Source: Atractiella rhizophila
Lineage: Eukaryota
DNA length: 37,109 nt
Direction: 5' to 3'
Assembly (NCBI GenBank): GCA_021432655.1
Contig: MU271632.1
Location: 1-37,109 of the forward strand
Position 1 is the first letter of the stretch. Every line of letters starts with the position of its first letter. Positions 24,600-35,583 of this stretch are shown piece by piece. Both the position numbers and the translations under genes were made by a program. The notes under the pieces are model-generated. The model had not been told where the DNA came from. It saw nothing but the letters and a program-made list of their open reading frames with translations, and ran no database searches.

Positions 24600-25017
24600 C
24601 TTGGTGTAGTGTTGGCCGTCTAGTCCTTCTAGCAGCTGGATCGCCTGGGAGGAAGGGAGAGATGCCAAAGGAGTTGTAGTCGTGGAAGTTGTTGGGAATG
24701 CTACACCTCGAGTCCGATCGGCTGTTTGGTGTAGATCACTGTGGATGAAGATGAGGTGGATACGTTTTTGCTTATATACTCCTGGCTACGTTACACATTT
24801 GAGTAGAAGCAGACGAAGCTGAGAGACACAATCAAGTGCTGAAGTACGATGGAGATGTATGTATGTATGAAGGAAATGAGGCAGGTTGGAGAACTGTTCA
24901 ACAGATCGACAGGATACAAAGAGACAGCTTGAGACAGCTACATAATCACTGCGACCTTGGTAGTGTGAGAAAACGATAAAAGGACAACCTAACGACTAAA
25001 GTACTCTAAAATAAAAG

Positions 25018-26722
25018 TCATGCTCCAGTATTAACGATGCCGACGGGGAGCAACGACATCACCCGCCTCCGCAGAGGTATCAGGTCGTCCAAATGTCTCT
25101 CTCCCAACTGCCAACGGAGGGGCCTCGAGTACAAGCTGTCCCTGATGTAAATGTGGTATTCCATGCGCATGCGCGATGGGCAATGCGGGTGATGTTGATG
25201 GTTAGATGTCGGTATCCTTGGTTGGAGTTCGCTCCTGGCGTTGGTGTAGAATGATTGAGTCTGGTTCGCGATCGTCGGGTCGATGGGGAGGTCGGGGACG
25301 AGGTCGCGTAGCGCTGACATTGTCGGTTGGAGATGGGAGGGGAGCAGCGGAGGTGGGAGTGAAACTTGGATGGGAACGACGACATTGGATGGGTGACAGA
25401 CCAGTCCGCGTTTCAAGCAGCTGCTGCACATCCCTGTGGATTTTGTCCTCCACGATGCACCGTACTTTTCGTTCCCTATTCATCTCCATTAACATGCATA
25501 TTCCAGACTTGTGCGAATGGATACGAACTTGCATGGTCCACACGCCGCGTTGGGCCGTTTCGAGCTCCCGTTTGGCCACAGGCATGTCTCCACCAGTGAA
25601 AAACTCCTGAGGGAGTATGACGGCCCCATTCTCTCTCAACTTCATCGACATCTGTTCAGCATCTCCCTCCTCATCGAACCAGACGATCTCTCCATTAACG
25701 ATGACCGGATTCCCACCCTCAATTTTCAACCTTTTCCTCTCTCTCAATTGGTTGATGCACCGTTCCTCCCATTCTTTAGGTAGCTTCACCGGTGCTTGTC
25801 CACTCTCGTCCGGTATCCGCTCCAGCTCGGCTAGAAGTGTCTTGATTCCTTTTCCTCGCATACGGGGCCGAACGTCGTAGTTGCATTCGGCCTCGATGTT
25901 TCGTTGGAGGCAGCGTTCGCAGACTGGACGTGTGCCGGAGCAGCGGATCCTTCGTTGTCTGTGAATAAAAAGGCATCAGCTAAGCCTTATTTAAAGCCGC
26001 ATGAAGACGTCAAGGAAGGTAAGAAAACCTCCAAAAGAGACCTAATCTCTCGCAAATTTCACTCGCAATTTCAAAACCTGATCTGTAGAACAAGCAATAA
26101 TGCAACAAATAAATGAAAATTGAGATATCATAATAAAACACATCGGTTACGATTGATAGAGATAGTAATTGATGCGCCAGTACATAAAATGAAAGTGTTT
26201 TGGGTTCGAATGTTTCGCAAACGGATTTTAAGTCAGACAGAAATGAGCCTCCCATAAGGCTAGTCAATATTTCAATATTATGAAAGCTGTAGACTGTTGA
26301 GTTGTCTTGACGATTATAGTTGCTGCTATGCAACAGCTGAATACCAGACAGGATCATTGAGGCAGTCAATATTTCACAATAGCATTAACAAAGGTGACCC
26401 CTGCGACACCTAGAAATAGTAGGCAACGTCCATAAATGGCGATCACGAATCTCAAAGAAGATCGAAAATGACAATCGTGCTCGTGCAAAAACATCAGAAA
26501 GAAGGAGGAAGTGGCATACCGACACGGATGGCAGGCACTCGGCACTTTCTCTCTCCTTTTCTGTCCTTCTCCCCTCTCTTCTTCCCCCAACGTTCCATTC
26601 ATGTGCAAAGGTATGTCCGTCCGTAGACCTTGGTGCTCTTGGATCGGGATTGAGTCTGGAGCCAGTTGGGCATCTTCCACCTGAGGGAAGAAGTCGAGAT
26701 GATCAGCTTCTGGAGCGTCCAT
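25018..26722 (-). CDS. Zn(II)2Cys6 transcription factor with one intact and one frameshifted zinc cluster
   Basis: Splicing 26519-25959 gives SACHPCRQRRIRCSGTRPVCERCLQRNIEAECNY. A second cluster, ACGPCKERKVRCIVEDK/STGMCSSCLKRGLVC, needs two +1 shifts. The 3' end is uncertain. Confidence 0.8.
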
Positions 26723-26871
26723 GCTCGCTGTTCTAGTGACCCTGGTATAGCTGTAGGAGAGAGCTGGGATGCGAGTTCCAGTGCGGTGGGATTGAGAGGT
26801 AAGGCTCGGGATTGAAGAGGAGGCAAAAAAAGGTCGTTTGTTTTTGGAGGAAGCAAATTTTCTCAAATGTA

Positions 26872-26883
26872 TTAGGGTTAGGG
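26872..26883 (-). repeat. Short telomere-like (TTAGGG)2 motif
   Basis: TTAGGGTTAGGG upstream of the minus-strand ATG at 26722. Confidence 0.5.
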
Positions 26884-27548
26884 CTTTGACGTTGGCCTCA
26901 ACAAACCTGACTCTGGGAGACGAATTTTCATCTTCTTTCTAGCCGAATAAGATGGTGGACTGTTCCTGGCGCCACGTTGGGATGAGCTGAAAGATAGAAT
27001 GTGGAACTATATGTTTAGCAGTTCGCAGTGGACCACAAGTGAGCTGAGTCCAAATGACCTTTTCCAAGAAAGTAGTCAGGGGCACATAGCGTGCTCTGCT
27101 TTTTACGCGTGAAGCGGCTTGTGGATCTTGTGTACACTGTCGAATCTTTTGTTCTCACATCATGAGCGGAGCTGCTTGCGCCAGCTATAACCAAGTTAGC
27201 AATGAAACGAGCGGTTCATTACAGCTAGAACATCTAGAAAGGTCCATTTTTCATTTTACATGGTGTAGACACTGTACAAGTGAGCCTTGACTTGAATTTG
27301 GTGAGTCCTTATGAGCATTCCTGCTGTGCAAGGTTTCATTTCTTTCTAGCTCTATTACTCTTCAATAGGATGAGAGACTGTCTGCAGGAGCTGCAGCAAG
27401 TTGCTGTATCTTCAGTCTCACTGTCAACATTGAGTACATTGAGAATGCGATCACATCTCTGACATTGCTCCGGTGTTTACTTCCCGTTTCGGTCCTGGAT
27501 TGGCGAATAGGTATCTCTTGATCAGTGGGATTGGGTTCGACTAACAAG

Positions 27549-29609
27549 ATGGCCTCACCTAACCGCCCCCCTCAAGTTCAAGCACTTCTAGATCTCATCA
27601 CTCACTCAGTAGATGCCATTGCAGACGCTTATGCAAAGAAAGGAGTGCCTTTTCCAGATCTGAACGATGCTGTCACCCCTTTCGTACGCCATCCACTTCC
27701 AATCAGCAAGCTAGTTGATGCTGATGACCATCGACTGTTGAAAAAAGGCACCTCATGTAGCTATGACCCCTGAATTGATGGGAGCGAAGACGGTTATCAT
27801 TGGTGCTTGTACGCAGTTGAGTGCTCTGGTCGACCCCCCTGCAATGGCTGCTATTCGTGAAACATTCTCTGTGAGGCTGCCTATCTCCCCTCTGATCAGC
27901 ATTGATAAGGGCATCAATTGAAATAGCTGCACTACCCAACAGCCGTGAGAATCGCCATCGAAGCTCACGTCCCTGAGCTCTTGTCAACCGTTGGACCGGA
28001 GGGCATGCACATTGATGAGATCGGGAAGCAGACAGGGTACGAGCCGAGAAAGCTCAGTGCGTCTATTTCTATATATCTCACCCCAAATCACAGCGACAAT
28101 CAGCCTATCCGCCCTTATGATGTGTGAATAGGCAGGATCCTCAGGCTGCTCACTACCCATCACTTCTTTACGGAGGTCAAGCCGGATACTTTCGCCAACA
28201 ACAGGTTGTCAGTGGCGCTTTCAACTAGAAAGGATTTTAAAGTCCTAAAATCTCAAGAGTGAGTAGTTAGCTCCTCAGAAAGCATGGAGAGATTTGAACA
28301 TGGATCCAGAGAGGCGGATTGGTACACCGACTCTGACGGCGTAGCCGCACTTCTCGCACACACGTACGTGCTCCTGCAACCATTCCCCTCCCGTCTTCTC
28401 CTCAGCTGAACGATCCTGTGGGATGCAGCACAGCGGACGTATACCAGCTCTCTGCCTATCTTCCCGAGCTCCTGCGTTCACCCACTCTCGGTCAAGTTTC
28501 AAGGGTCGAGGATTGCATGAAGGTAGCGTTCAACTTCGACGGTGGGATGTGGGAGTGGTTTCATTCGCCGGAAAATAAAGCTAGACTAGCCAGATTTACT
28601 GCTGGGATGGTGGGCACAGAAAGGTTTGGGAGGGGAGACGAGGTGCTTGATGTTCGTTTCCATTTCGTTCTCTCCTCTTCCAAACAGAATCGATATTGAC
28701 GAACATTGACTTGACGTGAAGGCTTATGACTGGGATGCCATACCCGTGAGACCTGACTTACATCACCTCTCCTCTTTCATTCCAGCTTCTCAAAGTCGCT
28801 GAGCGTATGACAGGCGGGTTCAACAATCGTAGACCTTGGAGGGAACGTGGGACAGCAGTGTCTCACCATCAGAAACAAGAATGCAGGACTCAAGTTCGTC
28901 GTTCAAGACTTACCTGGTATCGTCGGTGCGGCTGAGAAGTTCTGGGAGTCTAACGATGCCGAGGCTTTGAAGAATGGGGATGTGACGATCATCGGGAAGA
29001 GTTTCTTGGAGGAAGTGGTACCAAAGAACGCTGCTGTCTACTTCTTCCGACACGTTCTGTGCGTTCTCCCATCGCTCATTGAACTCTATTTCCTAAGACT
29101 GTGGCAGACACGATTGGCCAGCTCAGGATGTAGTCAAGATCCTCAAGAAAGTCAAGGAGGCAATGACGTCCACTTCCACCAAATCCAAACTCGTAATCCT
29201 CGACCGGATCCTTAAATACTCTGCCCCTGATGCGACGCTCCCTCCTTCCTCAATCTACCAGCCGCCGAGTGCCCCTCCTCCGCTATTGTCGAACTTTGGA
29301 GGAGGATTAGCTTTCCCTTACGTTCGTCACTTTTGTCATTGTCATCCTGTTAGCCCAAGTGGTGAATGATTCTGGGATTCCTAGACCCTCGACTTGGGAA
29401 TGATGAATTTGAATAATGGAGAAGAGAGGACAATAAGCGCTTGGACTGCGTTGATCGAACAGAGCGGATTTAAGATTGAAGCGTGCGTTCATTCCCTTTC
29501 TTTACTTCGACCTGAACTTGACTTCCTACCTCGATGATTGTGATTGTGCAGATTGAGAGGAGACCTGCTGGGCATCAGCGTTAGCTCCATAATTTGCGTG
29601 CCTGTCTAA
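27549..29609 (+). CDS. SAM-dependent O-methyltransferase (fungal Methyltransf_2 type)
   Basis: GMHIDEI...RILRLLTTHHFFTEVKPDTFANNRLS, IVDLGGNVG, FVVQDLP, FFRHVLHDW, GEERT; about 10 introns. Confidence 0.92.
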
Positions 29610-29940
29610 ACACAAATCACAGAATGGATGGCTGAAGGAGAGAGTGCCTGTCGGGTGCCAATGTTGTCCTGTTCTCTGAGCAAAAGTCTCGCCATGTAAT
29701 GATTACAACAGTTGAATGTTCCTCATATCATCCCACTATGCCCTCTGGCATGGCACAAGCGCAACACGCAGCACGGCAGAATGTCTCTTGTGGGAATCGG
29801 CACAGGTGATCGCGCAAACTTGCTGACGAACAGCCTCACCTTCCGTCCCTCTAAACAACTCTAAATCCAACACAAAAAAGCCTGCTGGCCTTTGTTGACC
29901 AGCTCACCGTCGCGTTGTAGCTAACCGCCTACTTCGAATA

Positions 29941-32699
29941 ATGAACATGTCGCGTGTCACCTTCCTTCGTCAGTCGCCACGGCGAATGGGAGGGGTTCGC
30001 TTCCAAACAACTGGCCCAAAAAGGCAGCACCCACTCTCTCGACCTATACCAAGCAATTCGAGGAAAGAAGCCCAGAAATGGTCGACTGGAACACTCATTT
30101 CGCTCACTGGATTTGTAGGCGGAGCTGTGCGTCTTCCCTCACACGATTGGAATGCCAAATGGAAAGTGACATCCGATGTGAGCAGTTGTACATGTACGGC
30201 ACTTACGATGGCGCCAAACGAGCCAGGGAGGAAGAAGCAAAAAAGTTGAAGACTTTTGGTGGAAGTGAAGTGAACGTGACGGAGGAGCAGTGGGAGGACG
30301 CAATGGTGGAATTAAGGGACTTGTTACCGCCTGAATGCTTGAGTGAGGATAAGGAGATCTTAGAGTCCAAAGCGGGAAGTTCGTGGAGCTGTGAGTCTTC
30401 TTTCTCTGTCTCTCTCACTCTGACTGATTATTCTTTGGATAGACCATCCTGTTCTCGAAACCCCAGGAGCAGTTATTTACCCACGGTTCGTCACTCCATC
30501 CCTCCCCTCCCCTAATCTCTCTCATCCGAATAAACCAGTTCAACATCCGACGTCCTCTCCATCGTCCAGCTGGCCAACAAATACTCGATCCCCCTCGTTC
30601 CGTACTCAGGAGGCACCTCTCTTGAAGGACACTTCAATGCACCTTCCTCCTCCCCTACTTCGCCATCCCATGAGAAAGCGGGGCACGGAAAAGGGCACCA
30701 TGAATCTCCTTTCGCGCAGAAACAAGGGGAATGGAAGAGAGGAAGGAGCTGGACACTCAGTTTTTCGGAGTATATGGACCGGATTTTGGAGGTTCATGGT
30801 CAGTTACAGCTCCAGCTCAGGAACACATGCGATACTGATCTGCTCGTCGGATTTTAAAATAGAGGGAGATCTAGATGTGGTAGTGCAGCCGGGGGTAGGC
30901 TATGAGGTACATAGTTGCTTGCCCTCTATCTCCCATACAGCTAGGTCGGCTGACGACTGGTGATCCTGTCAGGACTTAAACGAGCATCTCAAGGCATACA
31001 AGCTTCTTTTCCCAGTGGATCCTGGACCAGGAGCGTTAATCGGTGTGTCAGCTCTTCGCCATGAAGTTGTATGGATGGTGAACTAACTGTGTTTTCGTGG
31101 AAGGTGGCATGATTTCTACAGGTACAGCTCTCCTCTCCAGACATGCTCCATGTATATTGATGCTGTGCGGAAAGGTTGCAGTGGCACAAATGCGGTTAGG
31201 TCCGTTTCCGCAACTTTTCTCTTTCCTTTCCTTTTCCCATATCGACTGGGCTGAATAAAGTGACAACGTAGATATGGAACGATGCGGTTCGCCTCCTCTA
31301 TGTCTACCTCAAGCTAGAACTGACTGAGGGCGAAAGCGAGAACGTTCTCAACCTCACGGTCGTCACCGCTGATGGACAGATTGTGAAGACACGACAACGG
31401 GCGAAGTAGGTTTCCCTCCTCGGTTGTTTGGACTGGAGAAGTTGACATGTCTACATTGGCGATTAAGGAAGTCGTCTGCTGGTCCTGATTTGGGCAGACT
31501 GTTCATAGGCGCTGAGGGGACACTGGGGATAATAACCGAAGGTGAACATCCCCTCAATCCTCTACCCCTGTCCTAATCGATATCTGGTGTAAAGCAACCC
31601 TTAAGCTGGCTCCCCTCCTACCCACGTCTGTCGGTGTGTGCTCTTTCAACACTTTCGAAGAAGCAGCGGCTACGGTCACGGATTTGATACAACATGGAGT
31701 TGGAGTTCAATGTTTGGAGCTCTTGGATGATGTCATGATGCAAGCGGTCAACAAGAGTGGTGGAACCGGAAGGACGTGGGACGAAAGACCTTCGTACGCT
31801 ACTTCACATACTTTCCTCCCATTGGATCACCATGACATATGGCTCTGCGTGCTGACTGCATGTCACAGGTTGTTCATAAAATTCGCAGGGACGGACCAAC
31901 AGATCAAGAACGATGTAGCGCAAACCAGTATGTCCTGTTGTTTCAACCCCTTCCACATATTGACGGTACCAGGTAAAATCGTGTCGACGCATGGCGGCTC
32001 AAAATTCATTTTCGCTCGCTCGGAAAAAGAGAAAGAAGATATTTGGGCGGCACGGAAAGTCGCATTATATTCTGCCATTGATTTTGTTCCTGGATGCAGA
32101 ATCTGGACCACAGATGTCTGTGCGTCTCATTCCGTTTAGTGCAAATCGCGAACACTTACTGGCCAGCAGGCGTCCCTATTTCTAAACTGCCAACACTGGC
32201 AAAAGAGACTAAGGAAGACATTACTGCATCTGGGCTGGTAGGCCCGATCGTAGGACATGCTGGAGACGGTAAGCCCCTCATCTTTGAAGGAATCTCTTGG
32301 TTGAAAGCTGCATTGAAGGGAACTTCCATGCCTTGCTTGCATTTCGGAATGAGGAGGAGTTCCGAAAGGCTGAAGGAGTGGTCGATCGAATGGTGAAGCG
32401 AGCCCAGAGATTAGAAGGCACTTGTACTGGTGCGCTGAACACCGAATTATTGTTTTTTTTGACCAACGTTAATGGTTGGTGATTGTAGGAGAACACGGTG
32501 TAGGGATCGGGAAACGCGATTATTTGGAAGCGGAACTAGGGAGTGAGACCATCAACTTGATGAGGAAGATCAAGAGGCTACTAGATCCAAAAAATATAAT
32601 GGTATGTGGGTTTCCCTGCAATCGTGGTGCGAAACCGTTGATGCCGTGCTCGACTTGTACTAGAACCCTGGGAAACTTATACCCCAAGATTCAGAGTGA
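29941..32699 (+). CDS. DLD1: Mitochondrial D-lactate dehydrogenase (cytochrome), FAD-linked oxidase family
   Basis: Arg-rich presequence; [95 protein letters not shown]. Confidence 0.93.
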
Positions 32700-33643
32700 A
32701 ACTGAGAACTTGTTCGAATTACAATCACATCGCAAGTTATTTGGAGTCGTTCACATTTTGATTGCGTCTCGCGTTCCTGCAGGACCTTTAGAGTACCCAA
32801 GCTGATCCTAGCTGTACTGAAGAAGAGAGCAATCGACACTTCTTTTCATCCACAGTGCGCTCGCTCACGTGCCTTGAATCAAACCGTTTATTTGGTCACT
32901 TATCAGTGTTTATTTTGTTAAAAACTCAGAAATGTGACAGGATAGTGCGAGAAGAGAAAGGATATTTGGTCAGCTCCGCGGCAGGCTATTGCTCATTCTG
33001 CCCGCGCTCCTATAACGCGTTGACTACAGAAGGGGAAGCGCGAAGCGCGAACCATGGGGCAAGATGCCGAGCGGACTTCTCCCACAATCGCTGCCTGGCT
33101 TTGAAACAAAATCGTGGGATAAGCTTTTGATTCTTTCTGCGTCCAAGTCCCCGTTATTGGATGCGCTGTTCACGATGATGGGTGGGAGAAATGGTTTCAA
33201 AACATCCCAACCCACGCTGTTTTCCTCAGACAGGTGGCGTGATGCAGCATACGATACCAACAGCAATATTTGACAGGAGGTTAAGAAAGCTTCTGAGCTT
33301 CCCGCGCTCTTCGCCTCAAACATCAATGCTGTTGTAGGTTATCTTATACTTCCACGTTCCTACTCGACGCAGCAGTCAAATGTATTCACCCCGCTTCCAT
33401 TCTCCCTCATTTCGGACTTCCTTACGTTCTTTCGCCTCAGGTGTTAACTGAATGAGAGGAAGCCCAGGGAAGCCTGAATTGATTGATCAGCAGCGTCCCG
33501 CGCTCCACAAGATGACCTCTGGCCGCGCGCCGGCCCTACCATGTTCACATCCAACTGTCACTGGCCCAGATATCCGATGTGGGATATAAAACCACTCCTC
33601 ATTCATGTCTTCACTCACGAATCGTCTACGAACATAAAATCAA

Positions 33644-35033
33644 ATGGCTTCTCTTCCAAAGGCTTTCAAGCTGAACTCCGGCTACACCATTCCCTCGATT
33701 GGCATGGGGTGGATATCTCTTTCCTCGCCGTTTCCTCTTTTCTGATTATCGTCTATGTGTAGGTGTTGGATGGGCGGTCCGGGTGTGGAGAATGCGCGCT
33801 TAAAAAAGGGATTGGAGGAGGCTCTGAAGGCAGGGTATCGGTTTGTCTTCCCGCGCATCTTGATTTGCCCCAAATCACATTTACTTTTCTTGACCTGAAC
33901 ATGAACTAATTGTGAGTTGGGTGGGCTACAGGCACTTCGACACCGCGGCTGCGTACGCTAACGAGAAAGAAGTCGGTGAAGCGGTTCGCTCTTCTGGCGT
34001 CCCTAGAGAAGAGCTTTTTATTACGACCAAGCTCTGGAACTCTGAGCACCATGACCCAAAAACGGCATTGGAGAAATCTCTCAAGGAGCTAGATATGGAC
34101 TACGTCGACCTGTATTTGATACATGTGAGTTATCCCCTCCTGACGGAGAAGCTTCATTATTGATCCTGGTTTGGCTATTGCTGCTTTGACGAGGTAGTTT
34201 CCTCAGCACACGGATGCAAAAAATCCTTTCAAGAAGGCGGAGAAAGAAAAGGAAGTGAGTTTCAATGAATGTTGGAGGTTGATGGAGGAGCTTCTGGGCA
34301 CTGGTAAGGCAGTTTCATTCAGATCATCCTTGTCCTCACGGCGGACTACATAGGGAAAGTTCGATCCATCGGGGTCAGCAATTTCAGTGTCAAAAATCTT
34401 AAAAAACTCCTTGAGACTGCGAAGGTGGTCCCAGCGGTATGTTTCCTCCCCTACTTTTCATCTCTCGCTGAACCACGAAGTATAAAGGTGAACCAAATAG
34501 AAATGCATCCATTCCACCCAGACCGCTCTACGCTGGATTTTTGCAACTCCCATGGCATCCACGTTACCGCTTACTCCCCACTAGGGTTCACATCTCCATC
34601 TGTGCGTGGCAACAGAACACTCCAAGCTATCGCGGAAGAGATAGGGAATGACACAACAACGGCTCAAGTCGCCCTTAGCTGGGCCGTTAAGAGAGGAACA
34701 AGCGTTACACCGAAGAGTAGCGATCCAAAGAGGATGAGGGAGAATTTCACGGTTCCCTAGTTTTTTTTTGCCTCGAAGAATGACTGAAGTTCGTGATACA
34801 GTTGGTGGAGCTAACGGAGGACCAGGCGGAAAGGATAGAACACATTGCTGATGATCCACAGATGAAATCGAGGACGTCAACTGGACCTTGGAACGGGAAG
34901 ACGGTGTTTTCGTGGACGCTCGAAGAGCTTGGAGTACGATCCTATTCTTCAATTATAGTTTGATGAGCTGATGAGTTTGTAGTGGGAGACAGGATTTCAT
35001 GATCTTGAGAGACAGCAGAAAGGCAAGATGTAA
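33644..35033 (+). CDS. Aldo-keto reductase
   Basis: [72 protein letters not shown] tetrad intact. Confidence 0.95.
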
Positions 35034-35583
35034 ACTCTTCCTCAGAATGTACTAAATCAAGTTTTATTCAGTCTTTTTATGAGTTCTGCGTTCTGACCAC
35101 TTCACGACTTAAAGTGATATTATCGCCTTCGGTCGCATCACTAAGTGTGGATGCGAGAAACGAAGCATAAACGTGAGGGAGGTGCCTCTCGTCCACATCA
35201 AAAGCGGACTCGATGTTGCTAGCGGCTGCTGACATCCGCTCCAGAGCATCTCGTCTCATCTCTTCCGTGTGCCTAGCGCCTTGATGAACGCGGATCCAAT
35301 TCCGACCATTCCTCGACAAAGGACTCCCTCAATACGTTGCTGCACTCTACCAATCAATCTCCAGTAAAGATTCATCAACAGGTTTGTACAATGTTAAATT
35401 TGTTTCATATATGCATTTTGACTGATCAAGGAATCAACAAACTGCAACCTTAGCCTAACAACACTTGAGAAGATGTGAAGTAAATCGTGATTTCTTCGTT
35501 GATTTGGTGAGAGGCTCCAGGGTCTATATGATTGACTGGCGTTAGTTAATCGTCATCTAATGGAACAAAAAAAATCAAATGGC

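Noticed and set aside
25202..25861. 219-aa ORF taken as a single exon
   Set aside because: It reads through a 53-nt intron and hides the second zinc cluster.
26010..26369. 119-aa ORF inside the long intron
   Set aside because: Non-ATG start and a composition expected from AT-rich intron sequence.
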